Shown: positions 30,860 to 40,179 of the stretch, in pieces
Layout of the letters: every line of letters starts with the position of its first letter
How positions within the stretch are numbered: position 1 is the first letter of the stretch
Assembly (NCBI GenBank): GCA_043810165.1
Contig: JBDROJ010000027.1
Span: 36,974-100,973, forward strand
Direction of reading: 5' to 3'
DNA length: 64,000 nt
From: a bacterium
Lineage (GTDB): Bacteria; Patescibacteriota; Patescibacteriia; Magasanikbacterales; GWA2-37-8
The notes under the pieces: generated by a model
Seen by the model: only the letters and a program-made list of their open reading frames with translations
Database searches by the model: none
Told to the model about the DNA's origin: nothing
Program-made: the position numbers and the translations under genes

Positions 30860-32842
30860 ATGCCTAAAAAATCATCGGACAAACAAAAAAAAATAAAATT
30901 AAAAGGCAAGTATGCCCATGTTTGGCTTGAAAATTCTTTTGAAATAAAAAATCCAAAAAATAATCCCGTAAATAAGAATGAAGAATCTAATTATCTAGGC
31001 ACAAGCATTAACAATAAAAAAATAATCTTGTTGATATTAGCTTCCTCATTAAGTGTTTTGATTATTATCATTCAAGTTTTTTTCCTACAAATAATTAAAG
31101 GGGATCATTACCGCGCGCTGGCAGAGAGTAACAGGGTGCGTATAAAACCAATAATTTCCGAACGAGGAATAATATACGATAAAAACAAAATTGAGCTGAC
31201 TCAGAATATACCTAATTTTTCTCTGATATTAGTTCCTCAAGATCTGCCTTCGTCAAAAACATTGGAAGGCAAGCTTCAAAGAAAAAAAATTATTAAAAAA
31301 ATTGTAGAAATAGCCGAACTAGATGAAAAAAAAATTGAAGAGCTTTTAGATAAATATGGAGATTATAGCCTAAACTCATTAATAATTAAAGAAGATCTTG
31401 ATTATGAGGTGGCCTTACGAACATATCTAGCCAGCGATGATATCCCAGGAATTTCAATTTTAAAAGGCAGCAAGAGAAAGTATCTGATGAATGAACAAAT
31501 CAATTCGGCCACAAGCAGTTTGAGCCTATCGCACATACTAGGATACTTAGGCAAATTAAATGAACAGGAATACAATGAATTTAAAGATCAGGGATATCTG
31601 ATGTTTGACAACACTGGAAAAACAGGTCTTGAAAAAATTTATCAATCCGAATTGCGAGGATATTATGGTAGTAAAAAAAATGAGGTGGATGCTAATGGCC
31701 GTGAAAAAAATATTATATCAGAAATTAATCCAGTGGCCGGAAAAAATTTGATTCTGACATTGGATATTCAAGCCCAAATAAAGATGGAGGAACTGCTTAA
31801 AAAAGCCTTGAAAAAATATGAGAAAAAAAAGGCAATTGGAATAGCCATGGATCCAAGAGACGGCTCTATTCTGGCAATGGTTAGCTGGCCATCTTTTAAT
31901 AATAATGACTTTTCCGGAGGAATTTCCCAAAAAGAATATGAAAAATATATTAATAATCCTGATCAACCATTGTTTAATCGGGCTATCAGTGGCACTTACC
32001 CTTCGGGTTCAATCATAAAAACCGTGATGGTTGTAGCGGCTCTGCAAGAAAGAATTATAAATTATAATACTAGCTTCTTTAGCAAAGGTGGCCTGCAGGT
32101 GGATCGGTGGTTCTTTCCTGATTGGTTGCAGGGTGGACACGGCTTGACCAACGCAACCAGAGCTATTGCATGGTCAGTAAATACTTTTTTCTATTATATT
32201 GGAGGCGGTTATGGCGACTTTGATGGATTAGGCGTAGAAAAAATTAAGTCATACATGCAATTATTTAATTTAGGAAAAATTACGGGCATAGATCTTCCGG
32301 AAGAAGAAGACGGGCTCATACCTGATAAAAATTGGAAACAAAAAACCAAGCAAGAAATGTGGTATATAGGAGATACGTATAATTTATCTATTGGACAGGG
32401 CGACCTTTTAGTGACCCCTTTGCAGGCCACTGTTTGGACTTCGGCTATTGCTAATGGAGGGTATTTAGTACAACCTCATTTTCTGCATAAAATTGAAGAT
32501 TCATCAACCCAGGAGACACAATTGGTAAAATACAATAAGGAAAAAATAGATGTTGATCCAAATTATATAAATATCGCTAAAATAGGCATGCGGGAATGTG
32601 TTACATATGGCAGTTGTCCTGCATTGCAAACGCTTAATTTTATGTCTGGCGGTAAAACCGGGACGGCACAGTGGAATAATAATAACAAACAAAATCATGC
32701 CTGGTTCACAAGCTTTGCTCCATACAACAACCCTGAAATAGTAGTAACGATTTTAATAGAAGAAGGCGAGGGTGGAGCCACCACAGCACAACCCGTGGCT
32801 CGAGATTTTCTAGAATGGTGGGGGAAACGTTACTTAAAGTAA
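30860..32842 (+). CDS. mrdA: penicillin-binding protein 2 (elongasome transpeptidase)
   Basis: SxxK (SGSIIK), SxN-like and KTGTA motifs with an N-terminal TM. Located in the mre operon. Confidence 0.85.
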   Translation: MPKKSSDKQKKIKLKGKYAHVWLENSFEIKNPKNNPVNKNEESNYLGTSINNKKIILLILASSLSVLIIIIQVFFLQIIKGDHYRALAESNRVRIKPIISERGIIYDKNKIELTQNIPNFSLILVPQDLPSSKTLEGKLQRKKIIKKIVEIAELDEKKIEELLDKYGDYSLNSLIIKEDLDYEVALRTYLASDDIPGISILKGSKRKYLMNEQINSATSSLSLSHILGYLGKLNEQEYNEFKDQGYLMFDNTGKTGLEKIYQSELRGYYGSKKNEVDANGREKNIISEINPVAGKNLILTLDIQAQIKMEELLKKALKKYEKKKAIGIAMDPRDGSILAMVSWPSFNNNDFSGGISQKEYEKYINNPDQPLFNRAISGTYPSGSIIKTVMVVAALQERIINYNTSFFSKGGLQVDRWFFPDWLQGGHGLTNATRAIAWSVNTFFYYIGGGYGDFDGLGVEKIKSYMQLFNLGKITGIDLPEEEDGLIPDKNWKQKTKQEMWYIGDTYNLSIGQGDLLVTPLQATVWTSAIANGGYLVQPHFLHKIEDSSTQETQLVKYNKEKIDVDPNYINIAKIGMRECVTYGSCPALQTLNFMSGGKTGTAQWNNNNKQNHAWFTSFAPYNNPEIVVTILIEEGEGGATTAQPVARDFLEWWGKRYLK

Positions 32843-32908
32843 ATCTAATTTGACACTAAATGAAAATGTGTTATACTTTTTATTATCCTTATACTAAATT
32901 TTTAAATT

Positions 32909-33376
32909 ATGAATGACAATATTCAATATCTTACTCAAAAAGGTTACGATGAATTAAATAAAGAAAGAGATAATTTGAAAGACTATAAAATTCCAGAAAT
33001 TGCCACTAAAATTGATGAGGCAAAACAACAAGGTGACTTATCAGAAAATGCCGAATATCACCAAGCCAAAGAAGACATGGCTTGGGCACAAGGACGCTTG
33101 CTGGAACTTAACCATATTTTAGAAAATGCGCAAATAATGCAAACCACTACTGGTAGCAGTAAAATAATAGTTGGATCAAGCGTAAAATTCAAAAATCCAC
33201 AAGGTCAAGAAAAAGAGTACACCATTGTGGGACCAACCGAGGCTGACCCAATAAGCGGTCGGATATCTAATGAATCCCCAATTGGACAAGCTTTTCTGGA
33301 TGCTGAAGCAGGAGACAAAATAAAGGTAAAAACTCCGGCAGGCGAACAAGAATATCAAATTATTGAGATAAAATAG
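32909..33376 (+). CDS. greA: transcription elongation factor GreA
   Basis: N-terminal coiled coil with acidic tip DLSENAEY and a C-terminal FKBP-like domain. Confidence 0.85.
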   Translation: MNDNIQYLTQKGYDELNKERDNLKDYKIPEIATKIDEAKQQGDLSENAEYHQAKEDMAWAQGRLLELNHILENAQIMQTTTGSSKIIVGSSVKFKNPQGQEKEYTIVGPTEADPISGRISNESPIGQAFLDAEAGDKIKVKTPAGEQEYQIIEIK

Positions 33377-33424
33377 CCTATTTTGACAAAATTAATTAAA
33401 CTTCCTTATACACAGGAGGTTTTT

Positions 33425-33453
33425 TTGACGCTAAACCAAATATAAGCTATAAT
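33425..33453 (+). promoter_or_regulatory. sigma70-like promoter upstream of lysS
   Basis: TTGACG, a 17-nt spacer, then TATAAT. Confidence 0.45.
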
Positions 33454-33506
33454 AAGAGTCATAAGCTAATCTTTTAGCGAATTTTTAAGTTATTTATAAT
33501 TTTTCT

Positions 33507-34958
33507 ATGGACATCAAACAAAGCGAAGAACAAGATAGGCTAAAAAAACTGGAGTATCTATACAAACAAGGTATTAATCCATACCCAGCTCAAAGTAATA
33601 AAAAACAAAGCTGTGAACAAGCAAAAGCATCAAAAGAAGGTGCCCAAGTATGTGTGGCCGGCCGCATAATGTCTAAACGAATAATGGGAAAGTTGTCTTT
33701 CTGTCATCTCCAAGATCAAAGCGGGCGCGTACAAGTAGCAATTAGCGACAAAGAACTTGGAAAAGATGACTATAAATTATTTATCAAATTTTTTGACATG
33801 GGCGATTTTGTAGAACTTACGGGTAACATGTTTATTACTCACAAAGGGGAAAACACAGTTCTGGTAAAAAAATACCGGTTATTGTCAAAAGCTCTGCGTC
33901 CTTTGCCTGAGAAATTTCATGGGCTACAAGATCAAGAAGAGCAATTTAGAAAAAGATATCTGGATATTTTATTAGATCCAGAATTAAAGGAATTATTTTT
34001 CAAAAAAACTCGCTTTTGGAATAGTATGCGGGAATTTTTGGTTAAACAAGGATTTTTAGAAGTGGAGACTCCTATTTTAGAAACCACAGCCGGCGGGGCT
34101 GACGCAAATCCTTTTGTGACCCATCACGATGCGCTAGATATGGATGTTTACTTGCGTATTTCAATGGGCGAACTATGGCAAAAACGATTAATGGTGGCCG
34201 GGCTGGAAAAAACCTTTGAAATTGGCAGGCAATTCCGCAATGAAGGCCTAAGCCGCGAACACCTACAAGATTACACCCAAATGGAATTTTATTGGGCTTA
34301 TGCCGACTACACCAAAGGCATGAAATTGGTGGAAGATATGTATAAGTATGTTATTAAACAAAGTTTTGGCAGTTTAAAATTTGATATTGATAAATACAAA
34401 GACATTGATCTAGAACAAAAATGGGGAAAAATATCTTATGCTGAAGAAATAAAAAAGCAAACAGGAATTAATATATTAAAAGCCAACGACCAAGAAATGT
34501 TAGATAAAATTAAAGAATTGCATATTGAAGCAAAAAATTTAAGTTCTCGCGGACGCATTATGGATACTTTATGGAAATACTGCCGCAAAAATATCAAAGG
34601 ACCTGTATTTTTAATGGATCATCCGGTTGATGTATCTCCATTGGCTAAAAGAAAGCAAGATGATCCAAAACTTACTGAACGATACCAGATTATAATTGCC
34701 GGTAGCGAACTTGGCAACGGATATTCAGAGTTAAATGATCCTGTGGATCAGGCTCAAAGATTCAATGAACAAGCCAAGATGCGTGAACAAGGAGATAGCG
34801 AAGCACAGATGCATGATAGTGATTTTGTGGAAGCTCTTGAGCATGGCATGCCACCTACAACTGGATTCGGATTGTCTGAAAGGCTGTTTTCATTTTTAGC
34901 CAATCGTCCAATACGTGAATGTGTATTGTTCCCTTTAATGAAACCAGATGAAAAATAA
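33507..34958 (+). CDS. lysS: lysyl-tRNA synthetase, class II
   Basis: Class II motifs 1, 2 and 3: FLEVETPIL, the FRNEG region and AGSELGNGYSELNDP. Confidence 0.9.
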   Translation: MDIKQSEEQDRLKKLEYLYKQGINPYPAQSNKKQSCEQAKASKEGAQVCVAGRIMSKRIMGKLSFCHLQDQSGRVQVAISDKELGKDDYKLFIKFFDMGDFVELTGNMFITHKGENTVLVKKYRLLSKALRPLPEKFHGLQDQEEQFRKRYLDILLDPELKELFFKKTRFWNSMREFLVKQGFLEVETPILETTAGGADANPFVTHHDALDMDVYLRISMGELWQKRLMVAGLEKTFEIGRQFRNEGLSREHLQDYTQMEFYWAYADYTKGMKLVEDMYKYVIKQSFGSLKFDIDKYKDIDLEQKWGKISYAEEIKKQTGINILKANDQEMLDKIKELHIEAKNLSSRGRIMDTLWKYCRKNIKGPVFLMDHPVDVSPLAKRKQDDPKLTERYQIIIAGSELGNGYSELNDPVDQAQRFNEQAKMREQGDSEAQMHDSDFVEALEHGMPPTTGFGLSERLFSFLANRPIRECVLFPLMKPDEK

Positions 34959-34994
34959 CTAACAAAGGAGGCTGGAAATGTATAAAGAGCAACC

Positions 34995-35228
34995 ATGGAA
35001 GTAAGCTGTGAAATCCTGAAGTGGGATGAACTGAACACTCAGGATAAGGAACTAATTGCGCAGGCGCTGGAGGTAAGAAAAAAAGCCTATGCCAAATACT
35101 CCTCGTTCATGGTGGGTTGTGTGATTATAGACACAACCGGAACCTCTCATATCGGTCGCAACGTGGAACGAGCATCCTACTCTGAAACCACACTTTGGCA
35201 TCAGTCACTAACAAAACCGGGAGACTGA
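34995..35228 (+). pseudogene. cdd: truncated cytidine deaminase (cdd) remnant in a GC-rich islet
   Basis: ELIAQALEVRKKAYAKYSSFMVGCVIIDTTGTSHIGRNVERASYS matches the Cdd N-terminal half. The zinc-ligand CAER motif region is replaced by divergent sequence, and the ORF stops at 77 aa where ~130 is expected. Local GC is ~48%. Confidence 0.5.
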
Positions 35229-35279
35229 TGTCTCCCGCCTTTTGCCCATAAACTATTATGGGTTAAAGACAGGAAATTT

Positions 35280-35669
35280 ATGAAAAAAGTAATAGTATTT
35301 GGCACATTTGATTTGATTCATCCCGGACATTTGCATATGTTCAAGCAGGCTAAAGAATATGGTGATTTTTTAGTGATAGTAATTTCTCGCGATAAGATAA
35401 CCTGCCAGATAAAAGGCAAACTGCCTATAAATAATGAAGAGGTGCGATTAGCCAATATCAAAAAATTAAATGTGGCTGACAGAGTAAGATTGGGATGTCT
35501 AGATGATCATTATCGTGTAATAAAAGAAGAAAAACCTGATATTGTAGCACTAGGATATGATCAGAAAGCTTTTGTTGATAGCCTGTCAGAAATTATAGAA
35601 GATCATTGCCAAATAGTAAGACTAAGTCCATACAAGCCTGAAATTTATAAAAGCTCAAAATTAAAATGA
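35280..35669 (+). CDS. cytidylyltransferase-family nucleotidyltransferase (TagD/RibL-like)
   Basis: MKKVIVFGTFDLIHPGHLHMFKQAKEYGDFLVIVIS is closely similar to the glycerol-3-phosphate cytidylyltransferase N-terminus, including the HxGH motif. Length 129 aa. Confidence 0.7.
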   Translation: MKKVIVFGTFDLIHPGHLHMFKQAKEYGDFLVIVISRDKITCQIKGKLPINNEEVRLANIKKLNVADRVRLGCLDDHYRVIKEEKPDIVALGYDQKAFVDSLSEIIEDHCQIVRLSPYKPEIYKSSKLK

Positions 35670-36685
35670 AAAAAATATTAATTGCGACAAGCAACCAAGG
35701 TAAATTTAAAGAAATCACCAGCGAGATGTCTGATATGCCTTTTGATTTTATATCATTGCAAGACTTGCCAAAAAAAATCAAAGAGCCTGTTGAGGATCAA
35801 CCTACAATTGAAGAAAACGCGATCTTGAAAGCTAAATATTATGCTAAAAAAACAGGCTTACCAAGCCTGGCTGATGATTGCGGTTTATTTATAGATGCTT
35901 TAAATGGCTGGCCAGGGGTTATTAGCGCGCGTATTGGCACCAATGATGATGAAAGACGAGCCAATGTTTTATCTAAGATGAATGGCAAAACCAACCGAAA
36001 AGCAAAATTTAAAGCAGTTTTGGCTTTATTTGATCCAAATGACCAAAATATGTATTTATCTTATGGAGAATGTCAAGGTCAATTGCTTGAAAAAGAAAAT
36101 CTACAAGGAAAAAACGGATTTGGCTATGATCCAATATTCTATGTGACTGAAAAAGGCAAGACATATTCAGAAATGCCTATAGTTGAAAAAAATCTTATCA
36201 GCCATCGAGGCAGGGCCCTGGCTAATATAAAATTCTACCTGATTAAACAATACTCTTTTAAACAATATATAGTGCCTTTAGGAATACTTGTTAAAGATAG
36301 AAAAATGCTAATGACCAAACGACGCGACCATCGCCTGGAATATAATAATAAATGGGAGTTTCCTGGCGGGGGAGTGGACAATGGCGAATCCATAAAAGAT
36401 AATTTATTAAGAGAAGTCCGAGAGGAAACCGGTTACAGTGTTGATGTGGTTGAACAACTGCCGGAAATTTTAACTGAAACTAGGAAAAAATATGACTACC
36501 AAGTATTTTTATTACCATACATTTGTAAAATAAAATCAGGCAAACTCAAGACTTCAGACAATGAAACTTACGGTCATGGATGGTTTACAATGGCAGAAGC
36601 TTTAAAAAAATCGCTTCTACCGTTGAACAAAAAATGTATTCAAGATAAAAACAACTGGGCAATGCTTAAAAAATATATTGATTAA
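35666..36685 (+). CDS. fusion protein: RdgB/HAM1 non-canonical purine NTP pyrophosphatase (N-terminal) + NUDIX hydrolase (C-terminal)
   Basis: N-terminus KILIATSNQGKFKEI...FGYDPIF...SHRGRAL is Ham1/RdgB. The C-terminus carries the Nudix box GGGVDNGESIKDNLLREVREETGY. Confidence 0.75.
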   Translation: MKKILIATSNQGKFKEITSEMSDMPFDFISLQDLPKKIKEPVEDQPTIEENAILKAKYYAKKTGLPSLADDCGLFIDALNGWPGVISARIGTNDDERRANVLSKMNGKTNRKAKFKAVLALFDPNDQNMYLSYGECQGQLLEKENLQGKNGFGYDPIFYVTEKGKTYSEMPIVEKNLISHRGRALANIKFYLIKQYSFKQYIVPLGILVKDRKMLMTKRRDHRLEYNNKWEFPGGGVDNGESIKDNLLREVREETGYSVDVVEQLPEILTETRKKYDYQVFLLPYICKIKSGKLKTSDNETYGHGWFTMAEALKKSLLPLNKKCIQDKNNWAMLKKYID

Positions 36686-36696
36686 CAAACACACAT

Positions 36697-37950
36697 ATGT
36701 TAGATATAAAATATATATTAGAGAATAAAGAATTAATCCAAGAAAACTGTAAAAATCGCGGTACTCGTGCTAATCTGGAAGAATTAATGGCTTTGGATGA
36801 AGAAAGAAAAGGGCTGTTAAAAAAAATAGAAGATCTGCGCAGTAAACGCAATCAAATTTCAAAAGAAAAACCCAGGGATGAAGATATTCTATTAATGCGA
36901 AAACTTGGACAAGAAGTTAAGCAATTAGAAAATATTTTAATCAATATTGAAGATAAATTAAAAGATGTTCTGTATCAGATACCAAACATCACGCATCCTG
37001 ATAGTCCAATTGGAGATGAGGATCAATTCAAAGTTTTATACACAAACAAAGAACCATCTAAATTTGATTTTGAACCTAAAAATCACGAGGAATTGATGCT
37101 GGATTTAGATCTAATTGATTTTGAACGCGGTGCAAAAGTTGCCGGTTCTAAATTTTATTTTTATAAGAATCAAGCAGTGCGCCTTAATCAAGCTTTAATC
37201 AATTATGGATTGGATATTACTGCCAAATACGGCTATCAGATGATGGAAACGCCTGACCTGGTTAAATCAGAAATCTTGACCGGCAGTGGTTTCAATCCAC
37301 GTGGCGAAGAAAAACAAACCTATGAAATTAAAAACACTGACTTAGACCTGGTTGGCACAGCTGAAATAACAATGCTTGGTTATCATGCAGACGAAATTTT
37401 GGACTTGAGCCAAGGACCTAAAAAATACGTGGCTTTGTCACATTGTTTTCGTGTTGAAGCCGGATCCTACGGCAGAACCAGCAAAGGACTATATCGCGTC
37501 CATCAATTCACTAAGCTGGAAATGTTCATTTTCTGCAAACCAGAAGAAAGTGAACAATATCATCAAGAATTACTCAACATAGAAAAAGAAATTGTAGACG
37601 GCTTGGAACTGCCTTATGAGGTAATTGATATAGCTACTGGCGATTTGGGAGCACCGGCTTATCGTAAATTTGATATTGAAGCTTGGATGACCATGAAAGG
37701 CGATGATAAAAAACAAGGCGGATACGGAGAAATCACCAGCACCAGCAATTGTACTGACTATCAAGCTCGCCGTTTAAATATTAGATATCAAGGCAAGCAA
37801 GAGAAAAAATTTGTACATACATTAAATGGCACAGCCGTTGTTTTAAGCCGTTTTCCAATAGCTTTGTTAGAAAATCATCAACAGGCTGATGGCAGTATAT
37901 CCATTCCTGAAGTTTTAAGAAAATATTGCGGATTTGATGAAATAAAATAA
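36697..37950 (+). CDS. serS: seryl-tRNA synthetase
   Basis: N-terminal coiled-coil arm. Class II motifs 2 and 3: FRVEAGSYGRTSKGLYRVHQF and the GTAV region. Confidence 0.9.
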   Translation: MLDIKYILENKELIQENCKNRGTRANLEELMALDEERKGLLKKIEDLRSKRNQISKEKPRDEDILLMRKLGQEVKQLENILINIEDKLKDVLYQIPNITHPDSPIGDEDQFKVLYTNKEPSKFDFEPKNHEELMLDLDLIDFERGAKVAGSKFYFYKNQAVRLNQALINYGLDITAKYGYQMMETPDLVKSEILTGSGFNPRGEEKQTYEIKNTDLDLVGTAEITMLGYHADEILDLSQGPKKYVALSHCFRVEAGSYGRTSKGLYRVHQFTKLEMFIFCKPEESEQYHQELLNIEKEIVDGLELPYEVIDIATGDLGAPAYRKFDIEAWMTMKGDDKKQGGYGEITSTSNCTDYQARRLNIRYQGKQEKKFVHTLNGTAVVLSRFPIALLENHQQADGSISIPEVLRKYCGFDEIK

Positions 37951-37957
37951 TATTCTT

Positions 37958-39067
37958 ATGCAAACCTGGATTGAGGTAAATAAAAAGGCCATAGAATATA
38001 ATTTAAAACAGATTCGCCAGAAAATCGGTCGCGATGTTTTATTGATGCCTGTTATAAAAGCTAACGCATATGGACATGGTTTCTTAGAAACCGCCAAAAT
38101 TTGCAATCAAAACAAAGAAGTAGACAGAATCTGTGTTGCCAATTCTGATGAGGCCTTAAGATTGATTGAATTAACAAAAAAACCAATTCAAATACTTAGT
38201 TTTTATGATCTGGACAAGAAAATTTTGCTAAAACTAGCTAAAAACGCAATGATTTTTCCGGTTTATGACCAAAGACAAGCTAAAATTCTAGACAAGGTAG
38301 GGGACAATGTCAGAAAAAAAATTAAAATACACCTCAAAATAGATACTGGCACTTCTCGGCTAGGTATTCTACCAAATAACCTAGTAAACTTTACTAATGA
38401 CATCAAGAACTTTAAAAATCTAAACATCGAGGGGGTATTTAGCCATTTTTCTTCTAGCGAAGAAGACAGGGAAGTAACAATTCAACAATTAGAAATTTTT
38501 AACAAAGCAACAAATTTATTAAGTCAACAAGGAATAAATCCTGCTATAAGACACATAACGTGTTCTGCGGCCACGATATTATATCCAGAATCTCATTTTG
38601 ATGCAGTCAGGATAGGAATAAGTTTGTATGGCTTGCACCCGTCCGACCAAGCAAATATAGCCATTAAATTAAAACCAGTATTATCTTGGCATACCAAAAT
38701 AATACAAGTCAAAAAGGTGCCAAGTCAAACTAAAATTAGTTATGACTGTACTTATACCACCAATAGGCCGACAAAATTAGCAATTTTGCCCATTGGTTAT
38801 TGGGATGGTTTTGATAGAGGATTGTCAAACAAGGGTCTAGTATTGATAAAGGGCATCAAGTGCCCTATTTTAGGCCGTGTATGCATGAATTTAAGCATTG
38901 TGGATATAACTAATATTCCAGAAGTTAATGCAGGGGAACAGGCCACCTTGATAGGTACTCAAGGCCACCAAACCATTACTGCCCAAGACATGGCCAAATG
39001 GGCTGGTACTATTAATTACGAAATTATAGATAGAATAAACCCATTACTGCCGAGAATCATAAAATAA
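37958..39067 (+). CDS. alr: alanine racemase
   Basis: PLP-lysine motif VIKANAYGHG and C-terminal beta domain. Confidence 0.85.
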   Translation: MQTWIEVNKKAIEYNLKQIRQKIGRDVLLMPVIKANAYGHGFLETAKICNQNKEVDRICVANSDEALRLIELTKKPIQILSFYDLDKKILLKLAKNAMIFPVYDQRQAKILDKVGDNVRKKIKIHLKIDTGTSRLGILPNNLVNFTNDIKNFKNLNIEGVFSHFSSSEEDREVTIQQLEIFNKATNLLSQQGINPAIRHITCSAATILYPESHFDAVRIGISLYGLHPSDQANIAIKLKPVLSWHTKIIQVKKVPSQTKISYDCTYTTNRPTKLAILPIGYWDGFDRGLSNKGLVLIKGIKCPILGRVCMNLSIVDITNIPEVNAGEQATLIGTQGHQTITAQDMAKWAGTINYEIIDRINPLLPRIIK

Positions 39068-39068
39068 T

Positions 39069-40097
39069 ATGATAAAACGCTTTCACTCCCAACAAGCGCA
39101 TACAAAGTACCGCCCCTACCAATCTCGCTGGAGGCGTTTTTTGAATTATCGTAAAAAAATTAAAAAACAAAAATATACAATCAAAAAACAAGAGAAGTTA
39201 AGTCAGCAAAATCCGTATAAAGCCAGAAGAATGGAAAAAAGAAAGCTTCCTTTGACAAAAATTAAAATACTTTTACTATTACTATTTATAATTGCATGGA
39301 TTATTTTGTTGCTATATTTACCATTCTTCCAAATTAACCAGATAACTTATAATGGGCTGGAAAATATAAAAGAGGCTGAAATACAAGATACTATAAATAA
39401 TAAATTCCTAAAAGATAGTAATAAAATACCTTACAAAAACTTTTTTATAATAAAACCGACAAAAATATCCGAAGAGCTTGAAAAAAACTTCCCCATTCAA
39501 AGTATTGAAATCAAAAAAATATTTCCTAATAAACTAGAGATAAACATAAAAGAAAAATACACTTCTTTAATATATGATAATGGATCTGATTATTTTTTGA
39601 TGGACAATACAGGCAAGCTAATAAAATACCTAGCCAAAATAGGTGATAATGAATTTTTGACCAAGATTATTACAAGCACCAGCACTTCTAGCACATATCC
39701 AGGAGAAATTATAACCACTACTACTAGCACTACTAAGCTACATCGACCAAACTATATACAAATTCAACAACAATTTGGCAAATATCCAATTCTGTATGAT
39801 ATCAGAAATAAGCAAGTAAGTGTAGGCGATCCGAATTTATTGCCAGACAATTTTATATCAGCCATTATTGAAATCAATAACAAGCTCTCCGGGCTTGGAA
39901 TAGGGGATATTAATTATTACGTACTGGAAAATGTCAATTCTGGTGTAGAAATTAAAACTTCTAATATTTGGAGTATCTTTATGCAACCAACTCAGAATAT
40001 TGATACCCAGCTAAATAATTTAAAAATTATATTAGCTGAGAATCAACCCGCTCTGTACATAGATTTACGGCAACAGAGCAGGGTATACTGGAAATAA
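39069..40097 (+). CDS. FtsQ/DivIB-like cell division protein (basic N-terminal tail, TM, POTRA)
   Basis: Lys/Arg-rich cytoplasmic tail, one TM, then a POTRA-like segment FQINQITYNGLENIKEAEIQDTI. Confidence 0.45.
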   Translation: MIKRFHSQQAHTKYRPYQSRWRRFLNYRKKIKKQKYTIKKQEKLSQQNPYKARRMEKRKLPLTKIKILLLLLFIIAWIILLLYLPFFQINQITYNGLENIKEAEIQDTINNKFLKDSNKIPYKNFFIIKPTKISEELEKNFPIQSIEIKKIFPNKLEINIKEKYTSLIYDNGSDYFLMDNTGKLIKYLAKIGDNEFLTKIITSTSTSSTYPGEIITTTTSTTKLHRPNYIQIQQQFGKYPILYDIRNKQVSVGDPNLLPDNFISAIIEINNKLSGLGIGDINYYVLENVNSGVEIKTSNIWSIFMQPTQNIDTQLNNLKIILAENQPALYIDLRQQSRVYWK

Positions 40098-40098
40098 T

Positions 40099-40127
40099 TT
40101 GACATATTTTTTGTTTATTTGTATAAT
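40099..40127 (+). promoter_or_regulatory. sigma70-like promoter upstream of the xer gene
   Basis: TTGACA, a 17-nt spacer, then TATAAT. Followed by direct repeats CGTCGTATAATA / CGTCGTAATAAG. Confidence 0.5.
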
Positions 40128-40179
40128 ATATTCAACGTCGTATAATATAGATTAACCGTCGTAATAAGCTTATAATTGT

